A stretch of 64,000 bases of DNA from Candidatus Kapaibacterium sp. Its GTDB lineage: Bacteria > Bacteroidota > Ignavibacteria > Kapaibacteriales > WFXC01. The stretch lies in the NCBI GenBank assembly GCA_015490805.1, contig WFXC01000034.1:24656-88655 (forward strand). The letters are read 5' to 3'. The notes beneath the pieces were generated by a model, which did no database searches, had not been told where the DNA came from, and saw only the letters and a program-made list of their open reading frames with translations. Of this stretch, positions 1 to 8,093 are shown one piece after another (position 1 is the first letter of the stretch; each line of letters opens with the position of its first letter). The position numbers were made by a program, and so were the translations under genes.

Positions 1-832
1 CGAGAACGTGGCTGGAATGATGCTCACCAATCCGAATACTGCTGGTATTTTTGAGCGGGAAGTGTACCAGATCCAGCAGTTGCTGCACGAGAAAGGAGCG
101 TTGTTTTATATGGATGGTGCCAATCTCAACGCACTGGTTGGACAGGTTAAACCAGCAGCGTTTGGTGTAGATTGTATACATATCAACCTGCATAAAACCT
201 TCTCTACTCCCCACGGCGGTGGTGGTCCAGGTTCTGGTCCAGTTTGTGTTCAATCCGAGCTGGAACCCTATTTACCCGTTCCACGCATAGAGCGCGCGCC
301 TGACGGTACGTACCAGCTCAACTGGGATTATCCTAAGAGCATTGGGAAGATTCACAGTTTCTGGGGAAATTTTGGAATGATGGTACGTGCCTATGCCTAT
401 ATTACCTTGATGGGCAATGAAGGGCTCAAAGAAATCAGTCGCGGGGCGGTGCTGAATGCGAACTATTTGTTTGTCAAATTGCGACATCTGTTTCAGGTAC
501 CTTTTAGTGAACAACCTATGCATGAATTCGTCATCAGCGGTAGCAACCTTAAACCGTACGGAATTAAAACCTTGGACGTTGCGAAGAGACTATTGGATTT
601 CGGTTTCCACGCTCCCACCATTTATTTCCCTCTCATTGTACCGGAAGCAATGCTGGTGGAGCCTACGGAAAGTGAAACAGCAGAAACCTTAGAAGCCTTT
701 GCTCAGGCAATGGAACAGATAGTTGGCGAGGCTCAGCAAGATCCTGAAAAACTCAAGAATGCACCATATACGACTCCTGTTCGTCGCCTCAATGAGGGTT
801 TAGCGTCTAGAAAGTTGATAGTGCGGCAATGA
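1..832 (+). CDS. gcvPB: glycine dehydrogenase (decarboxylating) subunit 2, C-terminal part; the 5' end lies upstream of the window
   Basis: The translation (...NLHKTFSTPHGGGGPGSGPV...) matches the conserved PLP-dependent GcvPB C-terminal half. The ORF runs off the window start. Its stop overlaps the next ATG (ATGA). Confidence 0.85.
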   Translation, partial: ENVAGMMLTNPNTAGIFEREVYQIQQLLHEKGALFYMDGANLNALVGQVKPAAFGVDCIHINLHKTFSTPHGGGGPGSGPVCVQSELEPYLPVPRIERAPDGTYQLNWDYPKSIGKIHSFWGNFGMMVRAYAYITLMGNEGLKEISRGAVLNANYLFVKLRHLFQVPFSEQPMHEFVISGSNLKPYGIKTLDVAKRLLDFGFHAPTIYFPLIVPEAMLVEPTESETAETLEAFAQAMEQIVGEAQQDPEKLKNAPYTTPVRRLNEGLASRKLIVRQ

Positions 833-3800
833 GAGTTTGGATCTTTAGTGGTGTTGTATGGATTGCCTGCGTCTTAGCAGGAGCAGCGCAGTACACGCAG
901 TTTGGTAAGAATAAGATCCAGTACCACACCGAAGATTGGGAAGTGTTAACCACTCCGCATTTTGATGTATATTACCCGAAGGGGTATGCCATTTTGGCAA
1001 AGTTTGCTGCCGCGACGGCTGAACAAGCTTTGCCACGAATTGAGCGCATAATGTTTTACACCATAGCCGATCGGATACCTATTATTGTCTATGAGTCCCA
1101 GAATGAGTTTCAGGAAACCAATGTAATTGCTCCAATTTTGCCAGAGGGGGTTGGAGGGTTTACGGAGATGCTGAAAAATCGTGTTGTTGTGCCGTATGAT
1201 GGTGATTGGGCACAGTTTCAACACGTTGTGGTCCACGAACTGGTTCACGGAATGATCAACCAGATGTTTTATGGAGGGTCGCTTCAAACAGTGCTTCTAC
1301 GGACCAATCTACCTGAACTTCCCCTATGGATGAATGAGGGATTGGCAGAGTATATCAGCTTGCAAGGATTGGATGTTGGGACGGATATGTTCTTGCGAGA
1401 TATTGTGATGAGTGAAGTTTTACCTCCTCTGCGAATGCTGGGAGGGTATTTTGCATACCGCGGGGGGCAGTCCTTTTACTGGTTTGTAGAACAGCGATAC
1501 GGACAGCGGAAGATAGGAGCCCTGCTGCAGCGACTGCTATTGGTAAAGCGTTTAGAGGATGCTTTTGAACTTACCTTTGGCAAATCCTTTGCAGACGTAG
1601 CGGAGGAATGGGAGAAATTTTTGAAGAAGCGGTATTGGCCCGACATAGACCGCTTTCAAGACATTGAGGAAGAAACTCAGCGCTTAACATCTCACCACAA
1701 GCAAGGAAATTTCTATAATTCTTCACCAGCGATTTCCCCAGATGGGAGTAAAGTCGCATTTCTTTCAGATCAAGGAGGAATTTTTGCCGTGTACGTGATG
1801 GACATTACTACTGATCCTCCCAGTGTCCATAAGATTGTAAGCAGTTACCGGGGACCAGACTTTGAAGAACTGAATATTCTGACACCGGGGATTAGCTGGG
1901 CACCCGATAACCAGCGTCTTGCAATTACGGCGAAGTATCAAAATGAAGATGTGCTCTATGTGTATGATCTGAAATCCGGAACCTATCAGCGCCATTCGTG
2001 GGGATTTGAAAAGCTACATTCAGCAGAGTGGTCACCGGATGGAAGGAAAATTGCTTTTGCTGGTACTCGGAATGCTCAGTCCGATATATTTGTGTGGGAC
2101 ATCGAACAGGATTTGCTTTATCAGCTAACGGATGATTGGTATACAGATGTGCAGCCAACGTGGCGTGGTGATGAAGGGGTGTTTTTTATCTCTGATCGAC
2201 AATCGAGAAGTCATCCAGATAAACCTTGGAAATGGAAACTACGACAGTGGGATATATTTTATGTTGATTTATCGGGGCGCAAGATAGTGCCGATTACGCA
2301 TTCTCCATCAGTGAGGGAATATGATCTTCACTATGTTGAGCATCAACGGAGTTTGTATTTTACCAGTGATTATAATGGCATTGCCAATATTTACCGGTAT
2401 GATTTGGAACGTGATTCTTTGTGGGCTATAACAGCGTTTTATTCTCCGGTATACCAATTTTCATTAACGCCGGATGGTGAGAAATTGGTTATGGCAGCGC
2501 AAAATGCAGGAGGATATGACCTATTTCTTATGCGTTTTCCACATGTGCAGCAAATAGCACTGGAACAACTTCCCATGGTTACTTTCAAAACAGAATCTCG
2601 GGACCGAACTTGGAAGGAGGAAGAGATAGCAACCAATATGCCGAGAAAATTTATTCCCTTAGCACGTGGCCAGGTTGCGATTCAGTTCCGGCGACAACGG
2701 TTGATTGCACCGATAGAAGAGTTGCCGGAGTCAGTATCAGCCCTCGACACATTAGCACAATGGAATCCGGACACGGTGCAACCGTACCTGTACAAGGTAA
2801 GGTTTTCACCGGATATCATCTTAGGAAGTGCTGGTTATGATGTATACTTTGGCGTTTTGGGACAGGTCTTTATGATGTTCAGTGATATGCTGGGCAATCA
2901 TCAGATTTTCTTGTCGGCGAATTTACTGTATGATGTGAACAATAGCGATTTCTGGCTGCAATATGCCTTGCTGCCGTACCGTAATGATTATTATTTTCAG
3001 GGGTTTCACACTGCTCGGTTTGTTATTCGAAACAATCGGCTTTATCGCTTCCGTTATTTAGGTGTTGGAGCAGCAGTCAGTATCCCTATCGACCGATTTA
3101 ATCGGATAGAAGTGCAGGGATTAGGTCTTGGAACTTTTACTGAGGATATTGATAATCCCAAGGAAGACATCCAGACCTATCATACTCTTTTGCAGAGCCG
3201 GTTTGTCCACGATGATGCTCTCTGGTCGCCAACGCTGGAGCCATATCGAGGAACAAGGTGGTCTGTAGGCATTGAGGGAATACCAGCATTTGCCAGTTCT
3301 TCTCTGGGCTTCTGGACCCTGCAAGGAGATTTTCGAGGATATTTGCCAGTCTGGAAAGATCTATATGTGATTGCTGCTCGCTTAGCGGGGGCAGGCAGTT
3401 GGGGACAAACGCCGCAGCGGTTTTATTTGTTGGGTATTGAGCAGTGGGTGAATCCAACTTTTTCTGGCAATACTTTACCGTTTCGTAACGCAGAAGATCT
3501 GTTCTTTTACTCTCCTATCTATCCAACCCGGGGAGCACTCGTGAACGAGAAAAATGGTCGGTATTTTCTCTTGTCTAATCTGGAGTTCCGATTCCCGCTG
3601 ATTCATCTTTTGGTACCCGGACCGCTCCCAGTGGCACTCTCCAATATTCGGGGAGCCTTCTTCGCTGACGTTGCAGGTGTTTGGGATACAGACTTTCAGT
3701 GGTTTACAGAAGTGGAAGGAAAGCGGGTAACACGCAATTTGTTTGCTTCTGTTGGTGTAGGGACCCGGTTTATTCTCTTTGGATTACCATTGCGGATTGA

Positions 3801-3873
3801 TGTGGCGTGGAAATATCTGGGAGAAAAGTTTTCTAAGCCATTCTGGCTGTTCTCCCTGGGTTTTGCTTACTGA
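829..3873 (+). CDS. large secreted/outer-membrane protein: N-terminal peptidase-MA-like domain (HELVHG zinc motif), TolB/PD40-type beta-propeller repeats, C-terminal Omp85-like beta-barrel
   Basis: Signal peptide MRVWIFSGVVWIACVLAGAAQ. HExxH in 'VVVHELVHGMIN'. Repeated 'SPDGSKVAF/SPDGRKIAFAG' PD40 motifs. The C-terminus (...GAFFADVAGVW...RIDVAWKY...SLGFAY) resembles Omp85/Bac_surface_Ag barrels. 1014 aa. Confidence 0.55.
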   Translation: MRVWIFSGVVWIACVLAGAAQYTQFGKNKIQYHTEDWEVLTTPHFDVYYPKGYAILAKFAAATAEQALPRIERIMFYTIADRIPIIVYESQNEFQETNVIAPILPEGVGGFTEMLKNRVVVPYDGDWAQFQHVVVHELVHGMINQMFYGGSLQTVLLRTNLPELPLWMNEGLAEYISLQGLDVGTDMFLRDIVMSEVLPPLRMLGGYFAYRGGQSFYWFVEQRYGQRKIGALLQRLLLVKRLEDAFELTFGKSFADVAEEWEKFLKKRYWPDIDRFQDIEEETQRLTSHHKQGNFYNSSPAISPDGSKVAFLSDQGGIFAVYVMDITTDPPSVHKIVSSYRGPDFEELNILTPGISWAPDNQRLAITAKYQNEDVLYVYDLKSGTYQRHSWGFEKLHSAEWSPDGRKIAFAGTRNAQSDIFVWDIEQDLLYQLTDDWYTDVQPTWRGDEGVFFISDRQSRSHPDKPWKWKLRQWDIFYVDLSGRKIVPITHSPSVREYDLHYVEHQRSLYFTSDYNGIANIYRYDLERDSLWAITAFYSPVYQFSLTPDGEKLVMAAQNAGGYDLFLMRFPHVQQIALEQLPMVTFKTESRDRTWKEEEIATNMPRKFIPLARGQVAIQFRRQRLIAPIEELPESVSALDTLAQWNPDTVQPYLYKVRFSPDIILGSAGYDVYFGVLGQVFMMFSDMLGNHQIFLSANLLYDVNNSDFWLQYALLPYRNDYYFQGFHTARFVIRNNRLYRFRYLGVGAAVSIPIDRFNRIEVQGLGLGTFTEDIDNPKEDIQTYHTLLQSRFVHDDALWSPTLEPYRGTRWSVGIEGIPAFASSSLGFWTLQGDFRGYLPVWKDLYVIAARLAGAGSWGQTPQRFYLLGIEQWVNPTFSGNTLPFRNAEDLFFYSPIYPTRGALVNEKNGRYFLLSNLEFRFPLIHLLVPGPLPVALSNIRGAFFADVAGVWDTDFQWFTEVEGKRVTRNLFASVGVGTRFILFGLPLRIDVAWKYLGEKFSKPFWLFSLGFAY

Positions 3874-3891
3874 TGGTTGAGGAGGTGAATA

Positions 3892-5085
3892 TCAACTTGT
3901 GCGAATGTAAATAGATCCAATCAAGGGATCGTGCACCACGTGATTTTGAATATGTTCAATTGCTTTGGCTGTTAAGACTGTTCCAGAGGCGGCAAGTTTC
4001 ATTCCTGCATTTGTAATGAGATCTCGTGCCAAGATCATTCCCTCACGTAGATCGGCTAAGCTAATCACTTGGATATGTCCCTGTAAGTCTTGTCGTAAAT
4101 TGGTCCAGATATATTCGTCTAAGAGCATTACAAGGCGGGGATCGTAAGCCTTTTTTGTATCACGTTGCATTTTCTCCATTGCTTCCAGGGGAGAAAGCGA
4201 GAAAGCGTAACGATACATTTGAAAGTCGTAAGCAATGCGTAGAATACGTGATTCTATGGGAATCAAGCCTTTTTCAATGCGGTCCGGGAAGCCTGTGCCG
4301 TCGTAATTTTCAAAGAGCGAATGAAGAATGGTACGAATGGGGTGGAGAAAAGGTATAGGTTCGAGAATTTTATCACTGCAGTAGGGAATTTGGTGCATCA
4401 GTTGGTGGGTCGCAATACCGTTGACAGTTGGAGGTTGGTGAAGCAGTTCATCAGGGAGGAAAATTTTGCCGATTAAAGCAATTCGAGCAGCAGCACCAAT
4501 TGCTTCAATTTGTTGGCGGTTCAGCTCTCCAAAGTGCTCAGCAATCCACTGAGCAATATGGCGCACTTTTTCTGTAATTTCCGTTGCTTCTGGCAGGACA
4601 GAGACCTGGACCTGTTCCAAGGTTTGGAGTATCTGTTCTTGAAAATTCTTAACGACTTCTCGGAGGTGGGAAAGTTCTGATTTGAGCTGCTGATTCTGGT
4701 TGTGCAGTGTATGAAAACGGCGGAGTCGACTGATGCGTAGATAAAAGTATTCGGGAGAATAGGGAAGAAGCAAAATGTCGTCGACTCCTAGTTCCATCGC
4801 TTGAAATCGTAATTCGGTTTCGGAAGGTTTTGTCAGAAGCATAATAATCGGAGAGGATATAGTATCTTCATGGATTTTTTTTAGTAGATCTAAAACGGGC
4901 AGATCCTGGAGATCTGAGGAGAGAATGAGTAAGACAGAGCTTTGAGCGGTCATTAGCATTTCGTAAGCAGTATAGCCGGCCGTCGTAGTTAAGATGCGAG
5001 CACGAGGATACAATTGAGCTAATAAATGTGCTGTCGATTGGAGTAATCGCGCATCTTGTATGGCAACGATGAATTGCATTGCCAT
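3892..5085 (-). CDS. response regulator with atypical receiver domain and degenerate HD-GYP-like domain
   Basis: N-terminal CheY-like fold with putative acceptor Asp ('ILSSDLQDLP'). The C-terminal HD-GYP-like region has the HD dyad replaced ('ARIALIGKIF' instead of 'LLHDIGK') and GYP replaced ('DGTGFPD'). Only 8 bp downstream of motB on the same strand. Confidence 0.65.
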   Translation of the reverse strand: MAMQFIVAIQDARLLQSTAHLLAQLYPRARILTTTAGYTAYEMLMTAQSSVLLILSSDLQDLPVLDLLKKIHEDTISSPIIMLLTKPSETELRFQAMELGVDDILLLPYSPEYFYLRISRLRRFHTLHNQNQQLKSELSHLREVVKNFQEQILQTLEQVQVSVLPEATEITEKVRHIAQWIAEHFGELNRQQIEAIGAAARIALIGKIFLPDELLHQPPTVNGIATHQLMHQIPYCSDKILEPIPFLHPIRTILHSLFENYDGTGFPDRIEKGLIPIESRILRIAYDFQMYRYAFSLSPLEAMEKMQRDTKKAYDPRLVMLLDEYIWTNLRQDLQGHIQVISLADLREGMILARDLITNAGMKLAASGTVLTAKAIEHIQNHVVHDPLIGSIYIRTS

Positions 5086-5092
5086 TGATTGC

Positions 5093-6034
5093 TTATTGCA
5101 AAGGTGTTTCTAAGAAACTAGAAGTTGGCAAGTATTCTACTAAGATACTGATACGGCGATTGCTGGAATCGAAGGGATTGTTAGGGTTTTTGAGCTTGCG
5201 ATCTGCATACCCGATCACGCTGGATACCTGTCCAGGCCATAAACCGTTTTCCTCCAGGAAGCGCCGAGCAGCATTGGCACGATCAGTGGATAGCTCCCAG
5301 TTCGTGTAGTTTTTGCCGGGGAATGGCCGGCTATCTGTATGCCCCTCAATTCGGATATGGTTGGGAAGTTTTCCTAATTCCTGCGCTAACATTCGCAAGA
5401 TCCGCTTTGCTTCGGGTGTCAGAGTTGCTTTCCCGACCTCGAAAAAGGCATTATTCTCTTTTTCGATTAACTCGATGCGAAGCCCTTCCTGGGTGATAGA
5501 GAGCTCAATATGCTTGAGGAGTTTCTGCAGGTTGGGACTTTGCTGGGCAACTTTTTGTAGAAGCTGGCGAAATTCTTTTTCTTTTGCTTTTAGTGCTTCA
5601 GCCGCTTTGGCACTGTCCTGGAGGGCAATAAAATATTTTTCCCGTTGCACACTGTCCAGACTCAATAACTTTTTGGGTAACTGGTTCGTGGTCTGTTCTG
5701 TAGGATCGTGGAAGTTGTCAATGAATTCTGGGTCATTTTTGTTAAAAATATACCGTGCTGGTTTCGCGTGGTCAATTCCCACAGGGAGAGCCTTGCCGGT
5801 GAGAAAACTAAAAGGTCCAGGTTCTCGAAAATATGCAGCAATATCCCGTTTTGCCGATTTGCTCAATCCCATAATCCACATTACCAAGAAGAACGCCATC
5901 ATTGCGGTAACAAAATCTGCATAGGCAACTTTCCACGCACCACCATGGTGCCCGTGCCCTGCTGTTTTCTTGATCTTCTTTATAACAACCGGCTCTTCCT
6001 GCTTCTGTTGCTGCTCTTCAGCCATCGAGCTCAA
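5093..6034 (-). CDS. motB: flagellar motor stator protein MotB (OmpA-like peptidoglycan-binding C-terminus)
   Basis: N-terminus 'GHGHHGGAWKVAYADFVTAMMAFFLVMW' is the canonical MotB plug/TM region. C-terminal OmpA-like 'GHTDSRPF...NWELSTDRANAARRFL'. Confidence 0.85.
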   Translation of the reverse strand: MSSMAEEQQQKQEEPVVIKKIKKTAGHGHHGGAWKVAYADFVTAMMAFFLVMWIMGLSKSAKRDIAAYFREPGPFSFLTGKALPVGIDHAKPARYIFNKNDPEFIDNFHDPTEQTTNQLPKKLLSLDSVQREKYFIALQDSAKAAEALKAKEKEFRQLLQKVAQQSPNLQKLLKHIELSITQEGLRIELIEKENNAFFEVGKATLTPEAKRILRMLAQELGKLPNHIRIEGHTDSRPFPGKNYTNWELSTDRANAARRFLEENGLWPGQVSSVIGYADRKLKNPNNPFDSSNRRISILVEYLPTSSFLETPLQ

Positions 6035-6886
6035 TTATCGTTGTTTAACGGTTTCTTCCATCTCCTGGAACGTTGGTCGATGGTCTGTTTCTATCGCTCG
6101 CCGGGCATATTCTACGGCAATTAATGGCGGCATGCCCTTGACAAAAGCTAAGATGCCGGCTTTCAGGACTTTTAAATATTCCATTCGTGCCGCGTTGCTG
6201 TGTTCGGTACTTTTTGCTATTGGGCCAACCATTCCGTATGAAAGAAGAATTCCCAGGAACGTACCAACCAATGCTGCTGCTACACTATGGCCGATAACAG
6301 CCGGTGGTTGGTCGATCTTTCCCATTGTAATAACTACTCCTAAGACAGCCGCAACGATCCCTAAGCCAGGGAAAGAGTCTGCCATAGTCGTAAGCGCAGA
6401 GGAGGGTTTTTCTTCTTCGTGATGCATGGTTTCCAGATCTAAGTCCATCAGGTCTTCCAGCTCGTTGGCTGGTACGCCACCATTTAGGACAACTTTGAAG
6501 GTATCAGCGACAAAACTAACGGCGTGGTGGTTTTTCAAAAAGAATTCATATTTCGTGAAAATGGAACTCCCTTCAGGGTTTTCGACGTGTGGTTCCAGTG
6601 CAATGAGTCCATCCTTCTTTGCCAACTGAAACAGTTCGTACAGCATCTTTAGCGTTTCCAGATACTGTTCCTTAGTAATTTTGAAGCCACCCTTGAGCGC
6701 TTCAATAGCCCCGCTGATCGCTTTTTTGACTACTGGCATTGGGTTTGCCAGCAAGAATCCTCCAAAGGCAGCTCCGCCAATAATAATGAATTCGTTGATC
6801 TGGAAGAGAATCGCAAAGTTTCCACCGTGGATAGCATATCCTAAGGCTACACAGGCAAATACGATGATTAAACCGACAATACCCAT
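6035..6886 (-). CDS. motA: flagellar motor stator protein MotA (MotA/TolQ/ExbB proton channel family)
   Basis: 283 aa with 4 TM segments. The start (MGIVGLIIVFA...GYAIHGG) and C-terminal TM3/4 region are typical MotA. The stop abuts the motB start. Confidence 0.85.
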   Translation of the reverse strand: MGIVGLIIVFACVALGYAIHGGNFAILFQINEFIIIGGAAFGGFLLANPMPVVKKAISGAIEALKGGFKITKEQYLETLKMLYELFQLAKKDGLIALEPHVENPEGSSIFTKYEFFLKNHHAVSFVADTFKVVLNGGVPANELEDLMDLDLETMHHEEEKPSSALTTMADSFPGLGIVAAVLGVVITMGKIDQPPAVIGHSVAAALVGTFLGILLSYGMVGPIAKSTEHSNAARMEYLKVLKAGILAFVKGMPPLIAVEYARRAIETDHRPTFQEMEETVKQR

Positions 6887-6986
6887 TCCCTAACGTTGGA
6901 CGCTATATTATTCCACACACTTTTTCGTTTCCACTTTTTCCAAATATATGGAAATTTTAAGCAGTACCAAAAGCCTAATAGAGATT

Positions 6987-7424
6987 ATGGTTTACATAAC
7001 ACGCAAAGCAACGTTTTCTGCCGCCCATCGATTGTATAACCCGAAGTTTTCAGATGAGGAAAATGAGCGGATTTTTGACAAATGTAACAATCCGCTCGGT
7101 CACGGTCATAACTACGTGCTGGAAGTTACGGTGGCAGGACATCCAGATCCGGATACCGGGTATGTGCTGGATTTGAAAGAGCTTAAAGCAATTATTGACC
7201 GGGAAATTATTGAGGCGGTTGACCACAAACACCTGAACTATGATGTCCCCTTTTTACGGGGAATAATTCCAACGGTGGAGAATTTAGTCGTGGTTTTTTG
7301 GCGTATTCTGGAATCGAAACTGCCGTCCGGGAAGTTGTACCGTATTCGCCTCTTTGAGTCTGATGCAAATTGGGCAGAATACTATGGAGAACCGGTCGAG
7401 GTGAAAGTGCAGGAGGAGGGATGA
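6987..7424 (+). CDS. queD: 6-carboxy-5,6,7,8-tetrahydropterin synthase / 6-pyruvoyl-tetrahydropterin synthase family (QueD-like)
   Basis: C-x5-HGH catalytic motif ('CNNPLGHGHNY'). A QueD-like N-terminus 'KATFSAAHRL' supports the ATG at 6987; the ORF track starts at 6948. Confidence 0.8.
   Translation: MVYITRKATFSAAHRLYNPKFSDEENERIFDKCNNPLGHGHNYVLEVTVAGHPDPDTGYVLDLKELKAIIDREIIEAVDHKHLNYDVPFLRGIIPTVENLVVVFWRILESKLPSGKLYRIRLFESDANWAEYYGEPVEVKVQEEG
7411..7420 (+). promoter_or_regulatory. Shine-Dalgarno AGGAGGAGGG immediately upstream of folE ATG (7421)
   Basis: Purine-rich SD directly 5' of the ATG; the folE start overlaps the queD stop (ATGA). Confidence 0.6.
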
Positions 7425-8092
7425 AAAAAGTGTGGTTACAGACGGGTGATGGGAACGGCGAAACAGCTATCACAAAACAGTCGTTTGATGCCAATGGATC
7501 AATGCCGCTGTCGGAAGAAGAGAAGGCGGAAATGTTGCAGCAAGCAGAACAGAAATTTGTAGAATTATTCCAGATTTTCCGTATCTCTTTGCAAGATCCC
7601 AATGCAGCCGAGACGCCGAAGCGGCTGGCAAAAATGTGGGTAGAAGAACTGTTCCGAGGGCGATTCTCTGGGCCACCAAAAATCACCATTTTTCCCAATC
7701 GCAAAGGAGTTGATGAACTGATTATCAGCAAAGGCATTAAAGTGATTTCCGTCTGTTCACACCACTGGCAACCGATCATCGGGGAGTGTAGCATTGGCTA
7801 TCTGCCCGGACAGTATATCATTGGGTTGTCGAAACTGACCCGTATTGTCGACTGGTTTGCCCGGCGAGCGCAGATTCAGGAGGAATTAGGGGAGCAAATT
7901 GCTGATTTTATCGAGGAATTGATACATCCGAAGGCATTGGGGGTTGTCATTACTGCCCGGCATTACTGTATGATTGCTCGTGGTGTAGAGGCAGATGATG
8001 AACGGTCGCAAATGGTAACTTCTGTGATGCGGGGATTGCTGGCAAAGGATATGAACTTGCGCAACGAGTTTTTACAGCTCATCCGGCAATAA
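7421..8092 (+). CDS. folE: GTP cyclohydrolase I
   Basis: Conserved 'CSHHWQPIIGECSIGYLPGQYIIGLSKL...ARHYCM' motifs. Translationally coupled to queD. Confidence 0.85.
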   Translation: MKKVWLQTGDGNGETAITKQSFDANGSMPLSEEEKAEMLQQAEQKFVELFQIFRISLQDPNAAETPKRLAKMWVEELFRGRFSGPPKITIFPNRKGVDELIISKGIKVISVCSHHWQPIIGECSIGYLPGQYIIGLSKLTRIVDWFARRAQIQEELGEQIADFIEELIHPKALGVVITARHYCMIARGVEADDERSQMVTSVMRGLLAKDMNLRNEFLQLIRQ

Positions 8093-8093
8093 T

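Noticed and set aside
5093-6886. Zorya-type (ZorAB) anti-phage system, suggested by the MotA/MotB homologues
   Set aside because: MotA here is 283 aa with no long C-terminal tail (ZorA is about 700 aa), MotB has a standard OmpA-like domain, and no ZorC/ZorD-like genes follow. This is a standard stator pair.
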